A stretch of 63,210 nucleotides of DNA, counting the filler, from Neoconidiobolus thromboides FSU 785 (Eukaryota > Fungi > Entomophthoromycota): the NCBI GenBank assembly GCA_025603075.1. It is 4 parts of 4 records of this genome, joined end to end, with 100 filler letters (N's around TTAATTAATTAA, not from the genome) between each part and the next. Parts side by side here need not be neighbours in the genome. Positions count along the whole stretch, not along the records: positions 1 to 31,564 come from MU626477.1; 3 more parts are not named here. One strand, 5' to 3'. Under the pieces are notes generated by a model. It saw only the letters and a list, made by a program, of their open reading frames with translations, searched no databases and was not told where the DNA came from. Below, piece after piece: positions 14,733 through 28,660 of the stretch (positions are counted from its first letter, which is position 1; each line of letters starts with the position of its first letter). Position numbers and translations under genes: made by a program.

Positions 14733-16527
14733 ATGAATCAAAATATACAAGTTTATTGTTATAACTTAACTGAAGAGAATAAAGCACAACAAACACAACC
14801 ATTTACATTTAGTTATATTAAAAATAAGGGAAATGATAATAAAAATCAAAAGGAAAATAAAGATGAGCTAAAAGAAAAAATAAATAAACTATTAAGACCA
14901 AAGTTGATAGCTAATAATTTAAATTCTCGTTTATTGCCTTCGTTTCTTGATCAGGAGAAATATAATAATAGTATTAAGTTAGAGTTATTGCAAAAGGAGA
15001 AACTGATAGTAGAGGTTCCAAATTTAGTACAATTTATAAGTTCTTTTATTGGTGAAGAGACAATGAGTGAAATGGAAAAAGAGTTTTTATTAAAAGAAAT
15101 AACAGAAAGAATTAAAGAAAATAGGTTTTATTTAAAATTGATTTTGGATGGTAAATGATTATCACAATTATTTATAATTATTTATTTTTCTATTTATTTT
15201 AGAGTTCCTTGACGACATTAAAAATCCAATCTCACACTTATTTGAATTAAAAGAAAATAGAAAGTTAAATGAAATAATTGAAGTCCAATTGAATTCAAGG
15301 ATGGTTGCTTTTAACCTCAAACAAATAGAAAATGAAGATTATTTACCTCAGTTTCTTAAACAAGCACCAATGAATGAATTTTCAGTAATAATTGTTTAAT
15401 TTGTATAATATTATTTATTAATTTGATTAAAGGAAAATGAAACAAAATTTCAATTAATGACAAATGAAGACATAGAATTGATAAAAACAGTGTATATAGA
15501 ACCCATCTTTAAAGGAAATGAAATTAATGAATTATTACCATCAATAGAATTAATAAGTAAATTATTAAATAATAGAATTATATATAAAAATAAGAAAGAA
15601 TTAATAATTAATAATTTACCACTAATTAACGGAAATGAAATTCAATGTGAGTTAAAAATCAAACAAGAATTTAGTATAGCAAAAATAGATTATAATTATA
15701 CAAAAGTATATTATGAAATTAGTAATAATAACAATAATCTATTATTTTATGAAAAAGTGAAATTATTAGAAAGTTTACCAAATGATAATAATTTTGTATT
15801 TAATTGGTTTGATAATGAAGGAAAAAAGTAAGTTTTATTAATATAAAATATTAAATTAAATAAACTATTTTTATTTTTATTTTTATTTAGAATGGAAGAT
15901 TTGATTAAATTATATAATAATAATGATAGTAACAATGATAAAGATATAATAACAATATTATTAAATGGTGAAGCAGGAATAGGTAAATCGTTATTTATAG
16001 CCCAATTAAGTAAATTATATAATATTCAATGTTATAATACTAACGCATTAAAATTAAATATTTTAAATTCAACAAAACAAAAATTTCATAAATTAATACA
16101 AAGCATAATAGAAGATGTAAATTTTAATACATATAATAATAAAGTAATAATATTAACGATAGATAATTGTCATGAATTATTTTTCAAAAAAGAAAATGAA
16201 TGGGTATTAATAGAATATTTACAAAGTTTAAAGTTATGGAAAAAACTAATTTATAAAAAATATAAAATTAAATTAATAATAATTTATTTAACAAATCAAT
16301 TAAATCAATTAAATCAAAATTTATTAGAATTAATTCAATATCAAGTTGATTTTAATAACCCAAAACCGATTAATAGACAATTTATTTTATTTCATTATTT
16401 AAATAAATTCAATAGTAATAATAACAATATTATTAATTTTGATCAATTACAATCAATTGCTGATGCTTGTTCAGGTTATTTATTAGTTGATTTAAAATTA
16501 TTAAGCAAAATAATATTAAATTATTTA

Positions 16528-16608
<81 letters not shown>

Positions 16609-17632
16609 TTATATAATATATTTTTAAAATGTCGATCAAAAATTAAATTATCAATGATAAATAGAGATAATTTAAATATACAAAAAATTTATTTCAAAGA
16701 CATTGGAGGTATAAATAATATTAAACAACAATTAATTCCATTAACTAAATATAATCGAAATCAATATGAATTATATGAAAAATATAATATCATACCAACA
16801 ATAGGAATATTATTATATGGACCACCAGGTACAGGAAAAACATTAATTGGTAAAGCAATAGCAACAGAATCAAATTATAATTTTATAAATATTAAAGTAT
16901 CTCAATTAATACAAGGTGAAATTGGAGAAAGTGAAAAACAAATTAAATATTATTTTAATTTAGCTAAAATTAATTCACCTTGTATTTTATTTTTAGATGA
17001 ATTAGATGGTTTTTTCAATAATAATAATAATCAACAAAATATTCATTATAATCGATTTATTACTGCTTTTATTAATCAATTAGATGAATTAAAACAATTT
17101 ATTTTATTAAATTATAAACCAGTATTATTAATATGTACAACTAATTATCCTAATTTGATTGAATCTAGTTTATTAACTGAAGGTAAATTTAGTACAATTT
17201 ATTTTTGTTAATTTATTAATTATACATAATATAATAGGTAGAATTGATCAACATATTTATATATCACCACCCAATGAAATTGAACGCTATGAAATAATAT
17301 ATAATTTATTAATTAAAATAGAAAACATCAAATATAATCTAACTATACCAGATATTCATTCATTAAGTCAAAAAATAGCAATGATTACAAATTATTATAC
17401 AGGAGCTGATTTAGCTTTAATTTCATCAAGAATTCATCAGATTAAAATGAATTTAAAAAATAAGACAGTTGATAATAGTAATCAAAATGACTTAGATCTA
17501 AAAGTAGATTATATTTTAGCTTTGTTTCCAGAGTCCAAAGTGAAAGTTGATTTATTACTGAATATTATACCTATTTATCCATCTATTCTAGAAGAACAAT
17601 TGGAAGTTTATGAGAAATTTAAAAATAAATGA
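14733..17632 (+). CDS. Type II (double-ring) AAA+ ATPase, AFG2/SPATA5/NVL/PEX-like, multi-exon
   Basis: D1 Walker A GEAGIGKS with degenerate Walker B (IDNCHE); D2 DIGG, GILLYGPPGTGKT, ILFLDELD, TTN and spliced LLTEGRID; YTGADL lid. Subfamily not resolved. Confidence 0.8.
16528..16608 (+). repeat. (AAT)27 coding microsatellite giving a poly-Asn tract in the AAA ATPase
   Basis: Perfect AAT run in frame between the two AAA domains. Confidence 0.95.
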
Positions 17633-18112
17633 ATAATAATAATTAAATCAATTCTATCAATTACTATAATAGTAAATTAATATAATTTATTTAATTTTGA
17701 ATATATTTATTTCGAATTTAATATCAAGTAAGGTATTCTTTTGATTTTAATTTTATTTAAAAAAAACAATAAGTTCTTTTTTTAATATATTAATAATATT
17801 GATTAATGTGGAATTATTATATTTGAACTAGATTGTTTTTCTACTTATTTCATTTAAATAATAATATAAACTAGGCTAGTTGCTTTTTTCTAAACTTAAA
17901 AATGAACATAGAAATGAAAAGAGATCATTATGAAGATATTTAAAATGAAATTGAAGCTAATTAAACTATTATAGCTCTATTATGACTTAATTTTCAATAA
18001 CTTTTAGACACAGTTATTCATTCATTTAGACCTTTTTTCGGTTGAATTTATTTCACTTTGTTTTTAATTTAATTTAGTTTTAAAATAAAAAAACTAATTC
18101 AACTAATTCATA

Positions 18113-18144
18113 GATAAAGAGATAAAGAGATAAAGAGATAAAGA
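18113..18144 (+). repeat. (GATAAAGA)4 tandem repeat upstream of HPRT
   Basis: Four perfect 8-bp units. Confidence 0.9.
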
Positions 18145-18590
18145 GATTTAAAAAAAAAAAGATAAAAGGAAAAAAGAAATCTAAATAGTTAATATAAATA
18201 ATAAATAAATAAAATATTTTAAAAAATACAATAGAATTTATTCTATTAAATCATTTTCAATTAATTAATTCATAAATGTTATTTGAATATGTTATTTGAA
18301 TATGTTATTAAAAGGCTTATTTTATCTATTAAACTACCTTTTAAACTATAATCACTTAAATCATTTTATAAAATAAAAGAAGTCTTGTTTTAAATATAGC
18401 CAATCAATTTCTTTCCATTAGAATCATTTGATATTAACTTGTTAGTAGAATTACTAAAATTAGAAATCTTCATTTGATTTATTTTCGAAGATAAAATTTT
18501 AAACCTTAAAAATTTTTTAATAAAAATTCAATTAAGATTATTCTTAACAATCTAGTTTGAATATTAACTTTTTAAATAAATAAATACAAA

Positions 18591-19576
18591 ATGGATTCAA
18601 GTAAATGGATTGATGTAACTAAAGAAAGTTTTCAATATTCTTTGGATCATTTTGTTATCCCAAGTCATTATGAAAAAGATGTCACTTCCATTATGATCCC
18701 TCATGGTATTATTATGGTAAGTTATTATTAAATTTCTATTTAATTTAAATTAATTTAATTCAAACAAATAAATCAATCTTTAACTTCATTATTTAGGATC
18801 GTATTGAAAAATTAGCTAAATTAATAGTTAATGATAGTAAAGGACCATTAGGTAAATTCAATTAATTCAATTTTCTTTTTTTAATTAAATTTTCTTTTTC
18901 TTTTTATGTTTAGTTGTTTGTTGTGTATTAAAAGGAGGGCATCAATTCTTTGCTGATTTAGTCAATGAAATTAAAAAATGTAATACTGTATTAGGACAAT
19001 CCGTTCCTTTATCTTTAGAATTTATTAAAGTAAGATCCTATCATAATACTGAAAGTACAGGGGATGTTAAAATTTCTTTAACTGATAAAGAATGCATGGA
19101 ATGGAAAGGGAAAGTAAGTGTATCAATTTAAAATATATTATTATTTTATTTTATTATTTTATATTAATATTGATTATTTTTTTCTATAGAATTTATTAAT
19201 TGTTGAAGATATTATTGATACTGGTAATACCATGGTGAAATTATTAGCTAAGCTCAAAGACTATGCACCAGCATCCGTAAGAGTAGCTTCCCTTTTATTA
19301 AAAAAGACCCCATTATCTATTGGTTATATTCCCGATTATGTAGGTTTTGCTATCCCAGATGAATTTGTTGTTGGGTAAGTTGATAATGTTATATAATTTG
19401 ATAATTTTTATTAATCTCTTTTTTTAGCTATGCTTTAGATTATAATGAGTATTTTAGAGATTTAGATCATATTTGTGTTATTAGTGTATGTGTTTTATAG
19501 AATTAGTTTCATTTATATTTACATTTAACTAATCTGTTATTTTCAGGATCATGGCAAACAAGCTTATGCCCAATAA
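18591..19576 (+). CDS. HPRT1: Hypoxanthine-guanine phosphoribosyltransferase (animal/HPRT1-type), 6 exons; missed by the ORF track
   Basis: [44 protein letters not shown] and [23 protein letters not shown] after splicing; stop at 19574-19576. Confidence 0.95.
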
Positions 19577-19710
19577 ACCCAAATAACCTTATTTCCCTAA
19601 ATTTATTTTATAATAATATAAATAGAAGTAAATAAAATCAAATTAAAATTAAAATACTATTTTTAAATATACATTATATCATATAGTTTTTTTTTATTAA
19701 TTTAAAATAT

Positions 19711-19803
19711 GGGGATGTTTTTTTAGCTTCATTACTTTTTCCACCTTTTAAGCACTATTTGAATGGAAAGATTATTAATAAAATTCCTAAATACAAAAAT
19801 ACT
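19711..19803 (-). mobile_element. MITE copy a (one end decayed)
   Basis: ATAT|GGGGATGTTTTTTTAGCTTCATTAC... matches the family consensus; the far TIR is eroded. Confidence 0.85.
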
Positions 19804-19845
19804 CTTTTTAATGTTATAATAAATATTCTTTTTCTTTCAATCAAT

Positions 19846-21839
19846 TTAAAACATCGAACGAATAACTACACTCTCCACTTTCTTTTTTTTATCTTTACTT
19901 TTACTTTTACTTAAATCCAATGAACTATTATTGTTACTTTCAGATAAATTACTACTTTCCATACTTAATTCAGGTGCTGATTTATTTAACGTATTTTTAT
20001 CCATTAATATATTCAATCCTGAATTGGAGGTTTTAAATAAAGCTTTACTTTTTGAAACAAATGTAGAAAATAGAGAAGAATCCGATTTCTTTTTCTTAAA
20101 TTTAAAAAACGAAGTGGGTAATGATAAATGATTATATTTTGGTTCAATTGGGTGTTCAGTATTTAAATGTTCATTGATAAATTCAGTTGGATTATTTGAT
20201 ATTAAGTTGGGATTAAATAAATGTTGAAAAGGATTATTTTCTTCAGGTTCTTTAAGTTGATTAAGTTGAGTAGTATCAGTATCCTCTTTTAACTTTAATG
20301 GAATGTTGGAATCATTTTGTAATGAATCTTTGTTTGGTATATCTCCATCAATTTTTATTATTGGGGTAATAGGCCTTATTGAATCATTATTGAGTTTCTC
20401 TTGAGAATTCATAACTTTATCTTGAATATCACTACTATGTTCTACCGAATTCAGTTTGTTATTCTCAACGGGTGATTTCTCAATCTTATTTTCATCTATG
20501 GTAATTATGTTACTATTCATTTCCTTGTTCTCTTTTTTAATCTCACTTTCATTCGCTTCATTTTTTTCACTTAAAACGATTGCTAAATTATCAAGTTCAA
20601 CTTTTAATTTCATTAACTCACTTTTGTTTAATAATTTACCTTTATTTAGGGTAATCAAAGTATTATCAGTTTCATTATTTGATTTCTTTAATCCAGTTTC
20701 ATTCACTTGTTTGTTATCACTTACAGTAACCACAGTTTTAGCATCTTCAGCTTTTGATTCCTCTATACCAACTACTTTCTTATCATCTTCAACCTTTATT
20801 TCCTTTACTACTCTTTCATTTACTTTCTTATCATTCTTTTTAAAATTCTCCTTCTTCTCTTTCTCTTTCTCTTTCTCTTTTTTCTTCCTCGTCTTTTCAT
20901 TTTCATTTTCATTTAATAAACCGATCCCGCCAGATTGTGAAATAGAACGTCGACGTAATTTACGATCGTGTGGATCTTCAATTTCTTTATATTGATTATT
21001 AGTTATACTTGGTAATTGAATAGGTGGTTTCCAATTTTTTAATTCTGGATGATCCCATTCAATTCTATATGTACCAAAGTCATTACTTTGACTTGAAGCG
21101 CGGACAAAAGAAGGTTTAGGACGTGTAGGGATAACTGAAGATTCTGTTGATTTTGATATAGTGGTTATGTCAGGAGTATAAGGTAAAATACTTGGTGTAT
21201 TTTGAGTTGTACTTGGTGTTTTTGTTATAGTTTTAGGAGAGATGAGTTCTGATTGCTTAGATTTTAATAAAGACGTATTTTGTATTCTGTTTGATTGAGC
21301 TTGGCTATTTAAAGTTGTATTAGTAGTAACTGAATTATTATTTGATTGAATTTTAGTTTCAAAAAAATTATTCTTTTTTGATTTTGATATACCAACTTCA
21401 TCTAAACCTGGCGTCAATGGTTCAATATATTTTTTAATTAAATTGTTTTCTTTAATAGATTTATCAAACTCTTGATTTTTTTCACTATTATTTACAACAT
21501 CAATGTTTTGATTTTGATTTTTAACTTTTAAGTTAATGTTTAATCCAGACGATAAACTTTTATTAGATTCTTTTGATTTATTACTATTCTTTTGTTCATA
21601 TTGAGTTAAATTCTTTTTAGTAAAATAATTATCTTCTAAATTAGAAGTAACATCTTCTTTTCTTGAAGTTACAGTTTTGGTGAATTGTTCTCTTTCTGGT
21701 ATAATAGATTCTAAAATATCATCCTTCTTTTCTTGTTTTTTAATAATTTTATCTAATCCAGGCGTCAATGGTTCAATTATAGTATCCTTAATATCACTAG
21801 TATTATTAATTAATTTTAAATCCATACTCTTCTTACTGA

Positions 21840-21885
<46 letters not shown>

Positions 21886-22763
21886 GACCTTTTCTGTAGC
21901 ATCTATTGGATTTTTATAATTAATATTTAAATTTTCTGGATAAGCTTTATTAAGTTGATTATTAACCCATAATAAAGTAAATGTAGTTTGATAAATACCA
22001 CCAATACTTTTAATTGGTTGTTGGCTTGAACAAGTAATTTTTGTTTCCCAATTGATACCAGGTTCTACTTTATGTCCTGTATTTCTAACTAAAGGTTGTT
22101 GTATTTCTTGTTTATACTTTACGTTATTGTCTTTAGTTTTAGTTTGTTGACTCTCTTCTTTAGATTGAGTTAATTTGTAGTCATCTTCTTTTAGTTCATT
22201 TTCATCAATTATTTCAATTGATATCGGCTGCCAACCTCTATTATCATCTATCTTTTTTATAATTCCTTTTAAATTATTACGTTCTCTTATCCTGCCTTTT
22301 TCAATTTCAATATCGTTCTTTTGTTTATAGTAATTACCTTTAGATTGATAATCGATTGTCTCTGACTTTACTCTATTATGTGTATAAAATGAATGTTTCG
22401 TATCTCTTTGAAGTCCATGTTGTGATTTATTATTATCATCTTTAGTTAAAAATTTCATTTGAGTTTCATTATATTGTCGATTATCATTATCATTATTCGA
22501 CTGACAATATGATCCATCATGTTGATGATTTATATTTGTTGAATTAGTATACTGTTGATTATTATTGTTGTTTATTTGGGAATTCTGAGTATAATTTCTA
22601 TTATATTCATTATTGTTGATATAATTAAAATTATTAATATGCTTCCTCTGATATGATTTATTATTAGATGATAAATAATTTGTTTGATTTATTGATTGTT
22701 TATTTTCATAATGAGTTGTATAATATGAATGATGTTTATTTTCATGAGAATTCATCATTAAAC

Positions 22764-22802
<39 letters not shown>

Positions 22803-24751
22803 GACTCTGATGGTTTGAATGATAATGATTATTATGTGATTGATGTATTATATTATGAGGATTTTGATGTGAATGATGTACTGTATTATGATTGTTATAT
22901 GATTGATATATTATATTATTATGAGTATTTTTTTCAACTTTTTGTTTAATCATAGCATTTGATTGATGAATTTTATATGCTCCAAACAATGGAAACGGCA
23001 GATTTTGATCATCAGCTATTTTGTGAGCTGGTGATAAGATATCCATTTGTTTCAATTCCTTTAATGCGTTTTCAGGTAACAATGGATGTTCCATTTTTTC
23101 ATTATTATTATTTGTAATAAATGGCAAATTACTATCATGAATATGAGTATCCTGATGATGATGGGAATGTTTATTTCTGATGTTGTTTGTATTATGAATT
23201 GTAGATGAGGAAGAGTAATAGTAATTATTATTATTTATAGATTCATGCGTTTGAGTTTGATGATTTTTATTGTGTTTACGTTGAAATGCAAAATCAAGAG
23301 AATGTGTTGTTGGACTTTCATCAGAACGTTGTTGTGAATGACTTCCACTATGGGAATACTGCATTGAATGATTCACGTGATGGGAATGTTGTTGTGAATG
23401 ATTCTCATGGTGAGGATATTGCTGTGAAGTACTTTCTTTATAATAATGATGATAATTATCTTGTATTGTATTAGAAGTATGTTGAGATTGATTAATTAAC
23501 TGGTCATTTGCTATTATTATTGGAATTTCTTCGTTATCGTGTTTTAAATGTGACTTCAATAATAATTTGTTAAATAAAAATTAAACTTAAAGAGTAAATA
23601 AAATTACCTGGATTGTTAATTCTTGTTTGGATATATTCTATTATAATTTAATATAAATAAATGGGAAATATTATTAAAATAGAATATTAATTACCAAATT
23701 CTCACTACTTTTTTGATAAAATTCCCACCATTGATTATGAAATTGTTGAATTGCTTTTTCTTTTTTAAACTTCTCATTTTCTTTGTTCACTTCCTCTTTT
23801 TTCTCTTTATTAATCATAATGTTCTTACTATCTGTCTGCTGTTGTAAATTGAAGTATTCTACTCCATTTCCTTTGATTGATAAATCGTGCTCTTTTTTTA
23901 CTTTACTTGAACTTGGATCGTTTTCCTTCAAACATTCTTTATCCCAAGGCTTTTCTTTACCAGTAAAATGCATAACTGCAATATCATTTTGATTTTTTTT
24001 TAATGCTGGGGCATAACTAACATTAAAACAATTGTTATTGATAATTATTATTGATATTTAATAATATATTAAATTACCTATAAAACTCAGTACAAGTTAC
24101 ATTATAAATAAAAGGTAACCTTTGTTCATTAGATTTATGCCAATTTTCAAAATATTCGTTTAACAAGCCTTGATCACCACCTAAAAAAAACTTATTAATT
24201 CTTATCTAATAAAATTTAAATTACAATAAAAAATTTTTACCATCAAATGATCCGGTTTGTGTCAACTTTTTACATAATTGATTATACGTTTCCTTATCTG
24301 GCTTACATAAAAACACGCCTGAATTAAAGCAATCCGGCCATCCCATATCTGGACAAGCAGCAAATTTACTATCTTTATAATCATCAAAAAGGTGATCTAA
24401 ACTCTTTAACACCAATGTATCTGCATCTAAAAAAAGTATTTGTTCCAACCAATCCATAGACCATAAATGAATCTTAGTAACTGTTAATCCTAACTCAGGT
24501 CTTCCCAATAAGCATAAATTCTCTTTATCTTCAGTATCTAAATAGGGGACTTCAATTACATGATCATATACTTTGTGTAGTTGGACTAGAGTTGAGGAAG
24601 TTAGATTGGAAGTGACCATACAAATTAATAATTTATTAGTATTATGATTACGTATTGAATAAGCTAATACAATTGCCCCTTTTAAATAATTATCACTGGC
24701 TACTAAGGTGATATAAGCTTTTGGTTTACTAAACGGTGAGGAGGTGGACAT
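19846..24751 (-). CDS. Glycogenin (GT8) with very long low-complexity C-terminal extension; 5-exon model of about 1557 aa
   Basis: AYITL, FLDADTL, PD.GWPDCFNSGVF, SFDGGDQGLLN, LPFIYN..YSYAP and HFTG.EKPW; exons 24751-24241, 24180-24078, 24016-23695, 23637-23608, 23553-19846 stay in frame. The GT8 part is secure; the fusion to the 1237-aa ORF is inferred from splice signals. Confidence 0.8.
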
Positions 24752-25458
24752 TATTATTTATTGATTTAAAATAAAAATATGTTATTTAAAAAGGTTAAAT
24801 GTTCAATGTTATAAAAATTTCACTTTTGTGTAATCTATTTCGGTACTTGTGGTGTAATAGATCCAATCAAGTAATAGTATGACTATTTGTATGGGAAAAT
24901 GGTGTTATTTATTTTTAGTGAACTATAATTGTTGTTTAAGATTATAAGATTTTCGATGAGTTAAAATTAACCTATCAAATTACTTTAAGATAAGAGTTAT
25001 TATTATCATTTGTAAATAAAGATAAGCATTGGTCATTTTTTAATAATTTTTTTTATTCAGGGATAATGATGAGTTAATTTGCATAATTTTCGACTTTGGT
25101 TCTTTATTCAAAATTTTTATTCTTGTTTTTGAATGTTTATGAAGCTTATCTTTTATGATTGATAGACAAAAGGTGCGTTTAATTATTAAATAATTTTTAA
25201 TTTCATAAATATTATTATAATATTTATCATATTATAAATAAATTTAATAATAATACTACAATTCTAATTTTCTAATTTAATTGAAGCTGAGATTTACAAA
25301 CCATTTATAAGATTAAATCTAAAATTAGATATATCCTCCTTCAAGATATGAAATTTCTTAGAATTCTATTTTAAGATAAAAAATGAATAACAAAAATAAA
25401 TAAGCTTAATTTAATAAAAAAGAAAAGTAAAAAAGCTAATATATACAATATCATCCCA

Positions 25459-26552
25459 TTAATCTCCATTTAACTGTTCTTTAGCACTAGTAAGTGGTAC
25501 ATATCTAACAGCCATAATTTCATTTTGAGTAATATTTCCATTTTTATCTTTTATAATTTCAAAGATACTTTGATAATTTTGACCTACTGGGATAAACATT
25601 CTAATATAAATAATTTAATTATTATTTGTATTTCATTAATGTAAGTGAAGTGTATTCAATACTTACTTTCCGGGAGCTTTTAATTGTTCAATTAAACTTT
25701 GAGGTAAATCCTTACTTGCTGCACCAACATGACTTTTTATAAAAAAATTAATATTTTTTTTCTCAAAATAAAGAATAAAATTTTAAACTTACATGCAATC
25801 ATAAGGACCTTTATCAGGTAAACCAACCCTACCATCCCCTTGTATAATTTCAACATTATGCTCTTTATTCCAGTTATTCAAATTCTGTCGACTCATTTCA
25901 GCTAACTCTGGAATATGTTCAATACCTATTACTTTTCCTTCAGAGCCTACCTAATTATATTATGTTAATCTAAATAGTAAAAAGATTTCTATAATTTCTA
26001 TTTTACCATGTCCCTCATACATGCCGTTAAATAACCAGAACCAGAGCCAATATCTAATACTATTAGTAAAAAATAAAATTAATTTTTCAATTGATTATCA
26101 TAATAATACCTACCTCTGCTACCAATATTTAAATAATCTTTTAAAGATTCTAAAGCATAGGCATGCATATGACTGTTTTTTAAAAAGAAAAAACAATTAT
26201 TAAGCAATTTAACTTAAAAATTGAAAAATAGAATTAAGTACTTACGGAGCTGAAATAGTAGCATTAAAACCAATAACTTGAGGACTATCTTCATATGGAT
26301 TTTTTTTACAAAAATACATTCGATCCACTCGTTTCATACTTTCTATTATTTTAGACGACTTTAAAATGTTACATTCTATAAATTCAATTCAATTATCAAT
26401 AATCTCTTTTTTTTGATTTGATTGTTTTTTTTAATACTTACTACTTAAATTCTCTATCAATTCTTGATTACTACTTCCTATTTAAATTTTTTTCATATAC
26501 TTTTCTTTATTACAAATAGAACTTCTCGATTACCTCCACATCGCCAAGCCAT
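25459..26552 (-). CDS. PCMT1: Protein-L-isoaspartate O-methyltransferase, multi-exon; missed as a whole by the ORF track
   Basis: [79 protein letters not shown] and VRYVPLTS after splicing. Confidence 0.93.
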
Positions 26553-26721
26553 TTTATTTTATTTTATTTTATTTTATTTTAAAAGTGACTTGTTTTTTAT
26601 AATGATTTTTTTAAGAATGACTACGTAACCAATAAAAAAGCTTTTACTAATAAATTAACTAAGGATGAAGCTCATACTAAACAAAAATGTATAAGAAATT
26701 ATTTCTAATAAAGTAACATAT

Positions 26722-26820
26722 GGGGATGTTTTTTTTGGCTTCATTACTTTTTCCATCTTTTAAGCACTATTTGAACGGAAAAATTGTTAGTAAAATTCTT
26801 AAATACAAAAATACATCCCC
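26722..26820 (-). mobile_element. MITE copy b (complete, TSD ATAT)
   Basis: ATAT|GGGGATG...CATCCCC|ATAT, 99 bp. Confidence 0.93.
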
Positions 26821-27087
26821 ATATTATTGTTCCTATTAATATTCAAAAATGACTACAACTATTTTTAAATTTCAATTTGTTTTATAATTAAACTTAATAA
26901 AATATTAAATAATAGAAACTAATAAATAATTTGATTTAATAAATTTTATAAAAAAACTCTATATTTCAATTAAATAGTAAAATTAAAAACAAATCAAATA
27001 AATAAATTCAAGCAATTATTATATATTTTTGTTAAAAAAATTGATAGAAGATAAAGTTATCTTCAACAAATATTATCTTTATCTCAA

Positions 27088-27804
27088 TTATTGTTTAATT
27101 TTTCCAGGCCATAATTTCATTTGTTGAAATTCCACCAATACTTCCATTAATAAATCAGCGTTAATTTTAGGTATTGATACTTCAAATTTAGTTAATTTCT
27201 TAATTTTAGTATTATCTAACCAAACTGGAGCTAAATTAACAGCTTCTTGATCAAGGTATGGAATCAATGGAGAATTTGGTATATTATGCTGTTTTAATAA
27301 TTCAGCCCATGGTTCAATATGCTTATCATTAGCATCTTCTAAAAATTGATCTAAATTGGACTATAAAACAATAAATTATTAATATATTAATATTAATTAA
27401 TTAATTAATTAATTATTATTATTATTATTAAAAATATTACCTTAAAGAAATTAATAATTACGGAATTAAGTGATTCAAATCTAATACCAAAAATTTCCAT
27501 AATTATACTTTGTATTTTAGCTGAATCTATTATAATAAAAATAAAAATAAAAATAAATTAGTATTAAACACTATATAATTATAAAGTTATTACCAGTATC
27601 TCCTTCATCCACAACATTAAATATTTCTACTCCTTTTTTATCTTCATCGATATACCATTTTACAGTATGATGAATAGCTCTAGCTAAATCCAGTACATGA
27701 ATTACATTTAATTTAAAATCTTTTTTCCAAAAAGAGGGCATGGGTTCTTTTAAATGTTGATACACTTTACCTAAGACTAATAATGGCACTAATAAAATTA
27801 TAAA

Positions 27805-27859
<55 letters not shown>

Positions 27860-28660
27860 ATAAATTGTCATTAGATATTGAACTTACTTATATAAAGTGT
27901 ATCACCAGGTCCATATTGTAAACCAGGTCTTAATATTATACAATTTAAACTAAAAATAATAAATTATTAATAAATTTCATCAATGATAATTAAATCTATA
28001 CTTACTTTTTCATATTTAATATCTCTTTTTCTGCTTTAATGATATATTGAGCATATAAAGATAACCCTTTTAACTCATCATCTTCTTTATTTGGAGTCTT
28101 TAAACTAAATTAAAAATAAAATTCATATAACTTAAAATTACCTTTTTTGTATTATATACTTGGGAACTAGATATCATTAATAATACTTTGACTTTATTTT
28201 CAATTGATTCATTTGCTATATCCAAAGACAGATTATAGATTCTTTCCTCATAGATCTGATTTAATAAAGTTATTATTTTAATAAAAATAAAAATAAAAAT
28301 AAAATAATTACTTCTTTAGGTTGAGAACGTTTCACATCTAAGGTAGCATTAATTACAATATCCCAAGTACTCCCATCTTCCAATTGAAAAGCTCTTTTAA
28401 TAGCATCTAGTAAATTCCATTTATATCAACTTGAAAAAAGAAGAAGAAGAAGAATAAAATGTCTTACCTTTATTATTTAAATTAGATTGAGTATATTCTA
28501 CTTGATTAAAAGCTTTTAAACAACTTGGTGAGAAATAACCCGTTTCTAACAATACTCGATCTATTACCCGTATCCTTTTAGCGAGCCCATTTTCAACTAA
28601 ATAGCGGACTAGATTTCGACCAGCTAAAGATGCCCCGCCTAATATTAAATACGAATACAT
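27088..28660 (-). CDS. NAD-dependent epimerase/dehydratase (extended SDR), multi-exon
   Basis: N-terminal LILGGASLAGRNLVRYL Rossmann-like motif, later LRPGLQYGPG, IHVLDLARAI and IFNVVDEGDT; stop at 27088-27090. Confidence 0.8.

Noticed and set aside
26718-26824. MITE interpreted as Tc1/mariner (TA TSD) or PIF/Harbinger (3-bp TWA TSD)
   Set aside because: Copies flanked by ATTT/ATTT, AAAT/AAAT and ATAC/ATAC do not fit a strict TA or TWA duplication; a 4-bp parse fits 11 of 14 exactly.
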